64,000 nucleotides of DNA from a virus. A program made the translations under genes and the position numbers. Each line of letters opens with the position of its first letter. Position 1 is the first letter of the stretch. The stretch spans positions 59,731 to 123,730 of the IMG/VR virus record IMGVR_UViG_3300046820_001062. The stretch is one strand, 5' to 3'. This document shows positions 1 to 9,063 of this stretch, in pieces. The notes beneath the pieces were generated by a model. It did not search any database, was not told the DNA's origin, and worked only from the letters and a program-made list of their open reading frames with translations.

Positions 1-2
1 CC

Positions 3-3000
3 TCCAAAATCTTTATAGTTAAGTGGTAAAAAGTTTCTCCAGTTATCTCGTTTGAGACCTGACTGCTGTTGGAGAGAGTACACTCCACGTTTAGGGTAGT
101 ACTCAAAACATGTGCTATATATGGTTGGGTCATAGTCTCTTGGGAGAATTTGTCCCCAGGTAGCAAAGTTGTTGAACAGTTTGGATGTGCTAAGTGATAA
201 GTCATACTTGTTATAAATTGGTTTGGTAATCAAATCTGATCTGAACATCAATTGCTCATCATTAAATGAATTACCATATACATCATAGAACTTTTGAAAA
301 TCTTCCTCACCATAGTCTCTAAAAGCCATGTTAAGTTCAGACTCTGTGTAAAAATCTCTGATACCATTATGAAATAAATATGCAAAACACTTTCTTAAAG
401 TCCATGTACCAGTTCCACCAGCTCTGTCCATTCTATGAAAACTACTTGGTGTTGTAAAATTTAATTGTGGTACAATTCCCAAAAATCCTCCTAATGATAT
501 ATTCATGTCAAAGTCTGTTGTATCAAACTTATCATAATCAATCCAATATCTTGGAGCAGGGCCATTTACATAATTTCTATAATTGTACTCAGTAGTATTT
601 GGCATGTCAAACATCCATGTGTTAAAGAACATGTATGGATTTTTTTCAGTGTATCTGTTAATATAGATATCACCACCAAATATAACAGAAGTGTTATACT
701 TTGTTATTAACTGAGGAGTTGTTGAATATATACATGAATCTGTTGGCAATTGAACAATAGAACTCAATTGACCATACTGATTTTCAAAATCAACTTTTAA
801 TGCACCATAATAAGCAACAGTATTTGTTGTAATAGAATCTTTAACAGGATTAGAACGATCAATGCCACCATCCTGAACTCTATGTTTTGTATTATCAGTA
901 GTTGAAGAAACATCTGGTAAATCTGATGTTAACTTGACAGCTACATATTTGTTTCTATTTAGATTGTTAATTCTATATGTGGCATCAAAATCATGAATAC
1001 CTGAACCAATATATTTAGCTCCTGAATCTGCAACTTTTCTTCTAAAGGCTCTTGGTAAACCAGAAGGAACAGATGAGTTAGAAACAGGTGAGTATGAATC
1101 ATAAAAACCATGACTGTTATATTGAAGCATGTACTGTCTTTCTTTACCAAGTTTTCTAAAAATTTCTAAAACTTGATCTGTACCTTGCCCCCAATAGTAT
1201 GCTCCTGAAGCAATCATCACAGCAATACCTGCAATTGTTGTTGCCACACTACCAGATCCCCAAACACTCAATGCACTTGTTGCTCCACCTAAAATAAGAT
1301 CTCCTATTGCAGAAGCTGGTCCTGATTCTCTTGATGCTTCAGCGCCACCCAAATAAGCACCTGTACCTAGAGCTAATGCCCAAGGATCATTTTTTGCAGT
1401 GTATGTAGTTTTACCTACAGCTGCTACTAAAGCAATACCTAAACCAATAATTCCAGCAGTTACAAAAGCACCATCTGTTAAGATTACATGTTTAGGATGT
1501 TTATGAGGATATTCAAACTTACCAATTACTTTACCTCTTTCCTCTGTGTATATTTTAACATAGTTTGAACCAATGTATGGTTTAACAAAATTTGTTTCTA
1601 CAGCATGAAATGATAAATAATTTCTCTTATGAGTATCTAATTTTGATGCAGATTCTACGCCAGATTGACTTCCTTTTCCTTCATCAAGAATAGAATAGTC
1701 ATTACTTAAGAAGTTATCAGGTCTAATATCATTGTAAGGATAGTTTTGAAATAATCCTTTTCTACCAGTACTACCTTGAATATCAAACTCAAACATGTTG
1801 TTAAATAAACCTTTAGCAACAATAGTTCTATTTCCTTCTCTTGAACCCCTTAATATCTCATAACCTACAATATCTTTGATTGCTTTTAAATCCTCGTCAA
1901 CTGGATGTTGTATGTTTGAAAATTGAACACCAAGATTATAAATATAATCACCACCTTGACTATGAATATGAATTGTTTCATTAGAAGGCATTTTGTGGTG
2001 TCTAATTGGTTTACCACATAGTGTACCCCATACTTCAGGTTTATCATCTGGATATTTTTCAGTTGATTCCCAGTATGCCATATCACCTTTAGCAATAATA
2101 ACACCGCCATCTTTGGTTGTACCAGATGCTAAATATTTTGTAGCAGTATCATATACTTGCCAAACTTGAGTTTCGTTTGAATAAACAACATCTGATGTTG
2201 ACACAGAAGCTGTATCAGCAGGAGTTGCTAATCTACCAGGAATATGAAAAGAAGCACTTCTTGCACCAGTTTTGTATACCCATCTAATAAAGAATGCATA
2301 CACTTCATCACGCATGTATCCTGTAACATTACCGCCATTGTGATAATATGAAGAAGGATATTGTGCAGCAACCCATTCTACTTTGATATCATTTGCTTGT
2401 TTCTGATAATTAAAATAAGGTTGAGTAGTTACCCCAGTTCTGATAAGATAGTTATTGACAGAGTGCATTTTCTCACTCTTTTCATAAACTACAGATTTTA
2501 AAGGTATTACTGCAAGTTCAACTGTTGGTAAACTTTGATTATATAAGTCAAGATGTACTGATGTTTGTCTAATTGAATAGTTACCAATTTTTTTAGCAAT
2601 AGTTTGCTGATTAATTACAGCAATAACAACAAGTTCATATTCATCATAATCCTTGTCTAAGTTCTCTATTGTAATATCTAATGCACCACCTATTCCAGTA
2701 TGATCCCACAATGCTTGTGGTTGACTTGGAATAGAATAGTCAGTAAGTCTTATTCCATTTTCAGAATAAGCTACAACAGCCATGTAACTACCATTATTTA
2801 ACTGACCAGCTCCTTGAGCCTTTTTTACAGTAACGCAAGGTTGTGTTACAAGAGGATGTAATCTTATAGCATCGCAATCTAGCTCTGTGGTATATTCAGG
2901 AATAAAACAATCCTCATCTTGTGATAAGTTGTTACCTGTAGTTTTATATGGAACCCTATCAAGATTTAATACTCTATCAGGATTTAAATTGTCTTGAAAA

Positions 3001-3398
3001 TATGTTGAATAAGTACAGTCATAGTTTTCCTTTGTGACTGCAGTAATCAAATGTGTTTTTTTAAAACCAAGACATGGATCATTTACAACTTTTGTATATG
3101 AACAATCTCTTTCATCAAAGATACCTATCTCTGATGAAACATCATTTGTAGAGAATATAACCCAAGATGTTTTAGACTTGTGAGAAATACCAATAACATC
3201 ATAAGTTGCGTTTACACAAAACTTATTAGAAGGTTCATTTCCTATGGAACCAGTCTCACCATAGTGAGCATTGTTAATAGCATTTACCGCATTAGTCCAA
3301 AGACCTTCTGAAATGTAAATATCAGTATAGTCTTTGACCATACCTTTATTAAAGGCATTTGTCTTGGCAGCACTTGTATTTGTAAAATTCTCGCTCAT
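3..3398 (-). CDS. Tail stabilisation/muzzle protein, crAss-like (partial, >1130 aa, runs off the left edge; absent from the ORF track)
   Basis: ATG at 3398 overlaps the upstream stop (TAATG). Reads MSENFTNTSAAKTNAFNKGMVKD...NAINNAHYGETGSIGNEPSN...GYMRDEVYAFFIRWVYKTG...WRNFLPLNYKDFG, open wherever sampled. Lies after the ring genes, as in crAss-like phages. Confidence 0.8.
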   Translation of the reverse strand, partial: MSENFTNTSAAKTNAFNKGMVKDYTDIYISEGLWTNAVNAINNAHYGETGSIGNEPSNKFCVNATYDVIGISHKSKTSWVIFSTNDVSSEIGIFDERDCSYTKVVNDPCLGFKKTHLITAVTKENYDCTYSTYFQDNLNPDRVLNLDRVPYKTTGNNLSQDEDCFIPEYTTELDCDAIRLHPLVTQPCVTVKKAQGAGQLNNGSYMAVVAYSENGIRLTDYSIPSQPQALWDHTGIGGALDITIENLDKDYDEYELVVIAVINQQTIAKKIGNYSIRQTSVHLDLYNQSLPTVELAVIPLKSVVYEKSEKMHSVNNYLIRTGVTTQPYFNYQKQANDIKVEWVAAQYPSSYYHNGGNVTGYMRDEVYAFFIRWVYKTGARSASFHIPGRLATPADTASVSTSDVVYSNETQVWQVYDTATKYLASGTTKDGGVIIAKGDMAYWESTEKYPDDKPEVWGTLCGKPIRHHKMPSNETIHIHSQGGDYIYNLGVQFSNIQHPVDEDLKAIKDIVGYEILRGSREGNRTIVAKGLFNNMFEFDIQGSTGRKGLFQNYPYNDIRPDNFLSNDYSILDEGKGSQSGVESASKLDTHKRNYLSFHAVETNFVKPYIGSNYVKIYTEERGKVIGKFEYPHKHPKHVILTDGAFVTAGIIGLGIALVAAVGKTTYTAKNDPWALALGTGAYLGGAEASRESGPASAIGDLILGGATSALSVWGSGSVATTIAGIAVMIASGAYYWGQGTDQVLEIFRKLGKERQYMLQYNSHGFYDSYSPVSNSSVPSGLPRAFRRKVADSGAKYIGSGIHDFDATYRINNLNRNKYVAVKLTSDLPDVSSTTDNTKHRVQDGGIDRSNPVKDSITTNTVAYYGALKVDFENQYGQLSSIVQLPTDSCIYSTTPQLITKYNTSVIFGGDIYINRYTEKNPYMFFNTWMFDMPNTTEYNYRNYVNGPAPRYWIDYDKFDTTDFDMNISLGGFLGIVPQLNFTTPSSFHRMDRAGGTGTWTLRKCFAYLFHNGIRDFYTESELNMAFRDYGEEDFQKFYDVYGNSFNDEQLMFRSDLITKPIYNKYDLSLSTSKLFNNFATWGQILPRDYDPTIYSTCFEYYPKRGVYSLQQQSGLKRDNWRNFLPLNYKDFG

Positions 3399-3769
3399 TA
3401 CTCTTTGATGTTGTAATTTTTCTGACGTAATACTTTATAAATTGTCTCAGTCAAGTGACCAACTAACCATGCAGTAGATTCTTCATCTGTGATGTTAATG
3501 TCAGTTAATATTCTAACTGCTAAATGGTATACCTCATGTGATATAAGATTGATTGTAAGTTTATCTTCTTCATATACAATGTAGTATTCTAAACCATTTT
3601 TACCAGGCATATCAAACACACATCCATAACTATCTGTAACATCAACTAATGACTTAGTTTTTTTATCAATATAGTCTTGCATATCCTGCATGCTTTCTAC
3701 AACACGTAGATTTACTACTGCATCATAAATAGCAAGGTTTATTTTTTTTTTAAATATTTTTGCAGCCAT
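3398..3769 (-). CDS. Small protein with zincin-like HExxH motif
   Basis: SHEVYH followed by DEESTAW; translationally coupled on both sides. Confidence 0.55.
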   Translation of the reverse strand: MAAKIFKKKINLAIYDAVVNLRVVESMQDMQDYIDKKTKSLVDVTDSYGCVFDMPGKNGLEYYIVYEEDKLTINLISHEVYHLAVRILTDINITDEESTAWLVGHLTETIYKVLRQKNYNIKE

Positions 3770-4869
3770 TAGATATTGCTCTTAAACATGTTATAGTAAT
3801 TATGATACTGAGCTTTTCTATTTAACTCCCACGTTTTCTTTAGTTCTCTAAAGTCTGGTGTGTTGATAAATGATAAAGCGTTGTTTCTAGCCACTCTTAG
3901 TTTTTGTTCTACTAATTGTAGATAGTTAATGACATTCTCTCCAGACATATATAAGTTTTCATATATTCTCTGTTTTAATGCATACTCATAAAATTCATTT
4001 ACTAATGGATGTTCCATAACCAAAAGGTTACCTTTGTCATCCTCCATTAAACTTTGATAATTAATATATACAACACCCTCATCAAAGTTTGTAACTAAAA
4101 ATCCATTTTTGATATAAGCTACATTTGGATCATGACTATTCAAATTAAAACAATCAGCAGATACTGATTTGCTTTTTTCTATTCTTAAAGGAATCAAATG
4201 TGAATGCTCATATCTTCTTCCATTTAGATTATATGCTACAACTTTTTTACCACTTGCATCACTTACAATTTCAGCACTAGTTCCGCCACTTGTTGTAGCA
4301 ATAGTGTTACCACCCATAACTACAAGTCTAACTTCTGTAATTACTTCATTTGATTCAGAAATTAACTCAAAACTATTATTGTCTAGATGATGAATTTCAA
4401 ATGACAATAAGTTTCCATCCACGCTTAATGCTTGAACTAATATATTTGCTGTACCAATATTGTGGTTAATAACGTTGATTCCAGGAAGAATATTTCTAAT
4501 AACGCTGTATTGTCTTACATTACTACCTCCTGTTAACTTGAACATTTTTTGTGCAAGAAGAACACCTTCTAACATTCCCTCTGTATATGTCTTAGCTCTT
4601 TCTTGTAAATAGTATGAGTTATGGCCTTCACATACAAGAGCAAAGTTTAAAACATAAAAGTCTTGTGGTAATTTACCTTTACCTTTATGTATCTCAATTG
4701 CTTTTGAACGTGACTGATTAACTTTAAGACCTAACTCATAGTTTACTTTCATAGCAACTTTGATTAGTTGCTGTGGATCTATTGAACTTTCTAAGTCATA
4801 AGTTCGCATGTCTATCTTGACACTCTCAAGTAGTTCATCAAATTCTTTATATTGTACTTCAGTCAACAT
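3769..4869 (-). CDS. Tail ring/tubular protein with an internal beta-rich insertion
   Basis: 366 aa; GKLPQDFY..NFA and EHPLVNEFYEYALKQRIYENL motifs; position between ring and muzzle genes. Confidence 0.65.
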   Translation of the reverse strand: MLTEVQYKEFDELLESVKIDMRTYDLESSIDPQQLIKVAMKVNYELGLKVNQSRSKAIEIHKGKGKLPQDFYVLNFALVCEGHNSYYLQERAKTYTEGMLEGVLLAQKMFKLTGGSNVRQYSVIRNILPGINVINHNIGTANILVQALSVDGNLLSFEIHHLDNNSFELISESNEVITEVRLVVMGGNTIATTSGGTSAEIVSDASGKKVVAYNLNGRRYEHSHLIPLRIEKSKSVSADCFNLNSHDPNVAYIKNGFLVTNFDEGVVYINYQSLMEDDKGNLLVMEHPLVNEFYEYALKQRIYENLYMSGENVINYLQLVEQKLRVARNNALSFINTPDFRELKKTWELNRKAQYHNYYNMFKSNI

Positions 4870-4883
4870 AGCGTTTATATTAA

Positions 4884-5555
4884 TTATCTAGCTGTGTGTT
4901 TAAGATCTTGTGCAGCATCTTGTGGAACTTGCATCATCAATCCTAAATCTCTCATAGCTAATTGTTCAATTTCTGGGAATAAATGTTCAGGTACATTGTA
5001 AGGACTATCTTGAACATACTGACAGTCATCAGCTGGGTCACAGTTATACTTAGAGATATCTCCTTCAAATACACCTTCAATTCTTACAGCATCCCACTCT
5101 AAATTTGGAAAATATAAGTAACCATCTAAGTACCAATAGTATTTTTTCTTATTGTACTTAAATGTTTTTTGCCTTTCCATTTGTTGATATGTAGTAGGAT
5201 ATGTACTTGTTAAGTCTTCTGATAAATCTAATGAGGTAACTGCTCTAATCAAAGGTCCCCAGTAACCATCATAAAGTTCAGGTAACTTATCTTTTGTTCT
5301 TTTAAAATAACAACCTGTATCAATACCAACACATTGAGCTTGTGCTCTATCTACTTCAATCAACTCTACAAAATCTAGAGTCTGAAACACAGATTGATAT
5401 TTCATGATGCGATTCAAGTTATCTTGTCTACGCATCAATAATTTTGCATGTTTATTAACAAGAGAATACAAGAAACGGTCAGTCAGGAAAGCATCCTGCT
5501 TAACAGCTTTTACTTGGTTACGCACCCTTGATAATACTTCACCTATTGTAATCAT
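4884..5555 (-). CDS. Tail ring/adaptor protein (crAss-like)
   Basis: 223 aa; LTDRFLY, KRTKDKLP, YYWYLDGYLYFPN motifs; synteny. Confidence 0.6.
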   Translation of the reverse strand: MITIGEVLSRVRNQVKAVKQDAFLTDRFLYSLVNKHAKLLMRRQDNLNRIMKYQSVFQTLDFVELIEVDRAQAQCVGIDTGCYFKRTKDKLPELYDGYWGPLIRAVTSLDLSEDLTSTYPTTYQQMERQKTFKYNKKKYYWYLDGYLYFPNLEWDAVRIEGVFEGDISKYNCDPADDCQYVQDSPYNVPEHLFPEIEQLAMRDLGLMMQVPQDAAQDLKHTAR

Positions 5556-5558
5556 TTG

Positions 5559-6140
5559 TTATAGTTCAAATTCGTTATACATTGATATGTCTTGTTCAAC
5601 TTGCTCAGTCTTGAAAGATTCATATCCTTTAGTTCTGAACATGCTTGATATTTTAATTTTAGGATCAATCTCCACATATTGCTTCCATTTCTCAGGATAT
5701 GTTTTGCTGACCATTCTTTTAAATGCTCTTGTAGGTTTGAATCCCCAAAGTTCATGATTCTTAAACCTATACTTTGTACCATAGGTTGTGTAAAAAATCT
5801 TTGCTAAATGTTGATCACTTTCCCAGTTGCGAAACTCTATGACTTTCATATATTGAGCACTGGTCTTGTAGTCAACATTAGGACTACGCTTTGGTTGACA
5901 AGTTCCTATGAAGAGATGTCCTATTTGCTCAGGAATCTCAACACCATCTCTGTTTTCAATCACAGTAGACCAAAGATTTGTGTTGAACGTGTGAATGATT
6001 TTCTTCACATCAGCAGCACTTAGGTCTTTTGCAGAAGGTACTTTTTGCTTTAGTAACTCAATAAATTCTGAGTTTAAAGTTCCTTCAGCACTGGGTCTGA
6101 AACGAGGCGCATTGAGATTTGGTTTTCTTGCATCTTTCAT
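5559..6140 (-). CDS. HU/IHF-like DNA-binding protein
   Basis: Helix pair followed by DGVEIPEQIGHLFI (HU-type beta arm); IHF-like genes occur beside tail genes in crAss-like phages. Confidence 0.55.
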   Translation of the reverse strand: MKDARKPNLNAPRFRPSAEGTLNSEFIELLKQKVPSAKDLSAADVKKIIHTFNTNLWSTVIENRDGVEIPEQIGHLFIGTCQPKRSPNVDYKTSAQYMKVIEFRNWESDQHLAKIFYTTYGTKYRFKNHELWGFKPTRAFKRMVSKTYPEKWKQYVEIDPKIKISSMFRTKGYESFKTEQVEQDISMYNEFEL

Positions 6141-6202
6141 ATGATACCTACAATAAGAATTTACTAAATTTTTGGGACATTATAAAGAACTTCTTTGATT
6201 AA

Positions 6203-7549
6203 TTAGACTGTATATGTAAATTCACTTATCAATCCTTTGCTTGAATCATGAATGTGCATAATAGCTGAACGCGTATTTCCCACATATTTGTTGTGGTAAT
6301 GGTAATAATCAGAAGAAGTTAAGGCAGGTATAATTCTAGTAACAAAGCCATTTTGTTCATTTTCAGTCACAAACTGTGTTGTTTTACGTCCATGATAATG
6401 ACCTGTGTAAAGCATTCTATATTTAGAAGATCCCCATTCATTTGGAAATTCAACAGCATATACTAATGGATTATTCTTAGCAGTCACGTCCCCATGTTCA
6501 AAACAAAGCATGTTTAAACCATAAGTTAATACCTTTCTCTCTGCATAGGTAACATTAAAATCTATATCTTCCCAAGTCTTAAATGCTTGAGAAACAGCAT
6601 GTAGCAAATGGAATGAACTAAGTCTGTCATGGTTACCTGGAATAAACAATACCTCAAGTTTCTCACAAAACTGTTTAGCTGTTCCAATTGCCTGGCAGAT
6701 ACCATCAAAAGCTTTAATGTAAGCTTCAGTTGCCATCTCTGAGTTCTCTACTGGAGTTCCCTTTGTAGTTGTACCACCAAAGGTGTCCATATTAAGTGTA
6801 TCTGGGCCTATTACAAAGACTATCTTCTCTAAGACATAGTTTCTATTAGCTTTGTCAATTAAGTAGCTTACAGAGTCATTTAAGATCTCTGCCATGTCTT
6901 CGTTCCCTACTTTACCAAAGTGAAGATCCTGTAAAGAAAGAACCCCACAAACTTTTTCTTGAGAACTTGTGTTCTGCCAAAAAGCTGCAGGGTCTAATGG
7001 AGTTATTTGTGGAACCTGATATGTTTCAAGTAACTCTAAAAATGTACTTTGTATTTTTTCTTCTTGTGGTACTCTGCTTACTAGCGCAGATACTAACCAC
7101 TTGGTTCCTTTTTCTTTATTCCAGTATTGAGATAGTTTCCACTTCTTTGTGTCTATCTTCAGTAATGCAATAATTTCTTCAGCACTACGCGGCTCTGTTG
7201 CAGACAGGCCAACAATCTTACTGGTTCCTGATTCCAAGTCTTCATGAATTTCAATTCTCTTAGAATCTTCTTCTTTATTGTGCCATCTGTCTTTAGCATC
7301 AATTCCTAGTTGTTGTTCTAGTTCAAATAAAATTTCTTCATTTGATGCAACATCTGATTTTTTTGTTAACTTTGCTTCAACCATTTTAATGATGACAGAA
7401 TCTATTTTTGAACCTGCTTCATTTAAAACTTTGATTACTTCTTCTTTTATCTTTTGGTAATAAGATAGTGAAATACCTAGTCTTTGAGCTTCAGCTTCTG
7501 CTGACTTTTTTCTTTTTAAGCTATGGTATACTGATGATATAATATTCAT
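6203..7549 (-). CDS. Calcineurin-like metallophosphoesterase with N-terminal helical/HTH-like region
   Basis: Motifs QDLHFG, GPD..NMD, PGNHD, EHGD, GHYH in the expected order. Confidence 0.8.
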   Translation of the reverse strand: MNIISSVYHSLKRKKSAEAEAQRLGISLSYYQKIKEEVIKVLNEAGSKIDSVIIKMVEAKLTKKSDVASNEEILFELEQQLGIDAKDRWHNKEEDSKRIEIHEDLESGTSKIVGLSATEPRSAEEIIALLKIDTKKWKLSQYWNKEKGTKWLVSALVSRVPQEEKIQSTFLELLETYQVPQITPLDPAAFWQNTSSQEKVCGVLSLQDLHFGKVGNEDMAEILNDSVSYLIDKANRNYVLEKIVFVIGPDTLNMDTFGGTTTKGTPVENSEMATEAYIKAFDGICQAIGTAKQFCEKLEVLFIPGNHDRLSSFHLLHAVSQAFKTWEDIDFNVTYAERKVLTYGLNMLCFEHGDVTAKNNPLVYAVEFPNEWGSSKYRMLYTGHYHGRKTTQFVTENEQNGFVTRIIPALTSSDYYHYHNKYVGNTRSAIMHIHDSSKGLISEFTYTV

Positions 7550-7625
7550 AGGTTATTTTTTGTATGGTTAAACTAAGCAAAAATAGGAAATTAATTTATT
7601 ATTTCTTAGAAATGCAATGGTTTTT

Positions 7626-7657
7626 AAAAAGATACCCCCAGCTTTCGCCAGGGGCAC
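7626..7657 (-). terminator. Intrinsic terminator
   Basis: GTGCCCCTGGC-GAAA-GCTGGGGGTAT followed by CTTTTT, downstream of the fibre genes. Confidence 0.75.
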
Positions 7658-7701
7658 TTCTCTAACAAGCAGGAAAACCAACAAACCTACTTATCAAATT
7701 T

Positions 7702-8472
7702 TTAGATTATAATAGTATCTACAGTGTTATCATGCCCTGTAACTGCTGCTGAACAAATATCTGCTCCAGAAGCAAAATAAGCACCTTGTGAGCAAGCATT
7801 GATGCTTCCATAATTAGTACCAGCAGCCACAAGAACTGTAAATGATTGTGTCGTAGTATTAGTACATCCTGCACCTCTTGAGGTCCAATAAACTTCAACA
7901 TTAAAGTTAGTATCTACTGATACAGGAGCATCTAAAGAAACACTTGCACCCATGTGATCATCAATAGTGCCACCAATACAAGGTTCCATTGATCCATAAG
8001 CACCTATTACATTAATAGTAGTTCCTTCACCACAAGCACCATTAATAGTAAGTTCAGATTCATTACCTAATATAACACTTCCTTCTCTAGCACAAAATGT
8101 AGTTGCATCGTATCCACTAACACCTCCAACAGTCACTTGTTGAATCTGACCTCCACAATCTATATAAGCTGTAGTTTGTGCTTGAGCTGAACTAGTTGAT
8201 ACTGTATAAGAAATACAGTTTTCAGCAGGACAATCTAATGCAGTGGCTACAGTTGATGCTGCAGTGCTCTGATCAGATTGATATTCTCCTGTAGGGCAAT
8301 TTGTTTTTACTGTTACATTATATGATACTCCACATTCAATACCTGTTGTAATAACCACAGGTGAAGAAGATGCCGTTGTACATGTTGGAGTACCACCAGT
8401 TGTAGGAACATAACAAACTTCATAGCTTGTTATTCCAGGTACTGGTGTGAAATTTACTGTTAATTGTGCCAT
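7702..8472 (-). CDS. Cys-rich FN3-like virion fibre/decoration protein
   Basis: N-terminal FN3-like strand pattern (ITSYEVCY...YNVTVKTNC); Thr/Ser/Gly/Cys-rich. Confidence 0.6.
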   Translation of the reverse strand: MAQLTVNFTPVPGITSYEVCYVPTTGGTPTCTTASSSPVVITTGIECGVSYNVTVKTNCPTGEYQSDQSTAASTVATALDCPAENCISYTVSTSSAQAQTTAYIDCGGQIQQVTVGGVSGYDATTFCAREGSVILGNESELTINGACGEGTTINVIGAYGSMEPCIGGTIDDHMGASVSLDAPVSVDTNFNVEVYWTSRGAGCTNTTTQSFTVLVAAGTNYGSINACSQGAYFASGADICSAAVTGHDNTVDTIII

Positions 8473-8497
8473 ATTAATATGATTTTTTATAATTCTT

Positions 8498-9031
8498 TTA
8501 AGATACTACAGCTGATAGATTTGTTGGTGCAGGACATGCAGGTGCGTCATTAATTGTAACTGAACCTGAACAGTTTGCAACATTAGTACCAACAGCAATA
8601 GTAAAACTATAGTTGTAAGTAACACCATAATCACCTACAAAATTTATTACAGTTCCTGTAGGTCCTTCAGCAACATTATATGGAGCTTGTCCATCAACGT
8701 TAATGTCGCCAGAATAGATAGCATCTCCTGTCAAATCAGGAAAACCAAGAGTTACATTTCTACCTTCTACAAATTCTCCAACACTTGGACAAACTGCTTT
8801 ACCAGCTTGAACATCTGTTGAATCTGTAGGACCACCAACTTCACATAAATTTACAATTTGATAAGTATATAATACATTATCTAATGCAGTAGTATCTGAA
8901 TAGTTAGAGGTAGCAGCGGGTAAAACAGAGCTGATATCTGCAAAAGAACCAGCTCCTGATTTTCTTTGAACTTTCTGACCTGTACTGTTTGCATCATTTA
9001 CAGGTGTCCATGAAAGATTTATTGTTGCCAT
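8498..9031 (-). CDS. FN3-like virion fibre/decoration protein
   Basis: INLSWTP...YSDTTALDNVLYTYQIV (FN3 pattern); ends CPAPTNLSAVVS. Confidence 0.65.
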   Translation of the reverse strand: MATINLSWTPVNDANSTGQKVQRKSGAGSFADISSVLPAATSNYSDTTALDNVLYTYQIVNLCEVGGPTDSTDVQAGKAVCPSVGEFVEGRNVTLGFPDLTGDAIYSGDINVDGQAPYNVAEGPTGTVINFVGDYGVTYNYSFTIAVGTNVANCSGSVTINDAPACPAPTNLSAVVS

Positions 9032-9063
9032 TTTATTTTAATTTTTTATTTTAATTATTTTAG

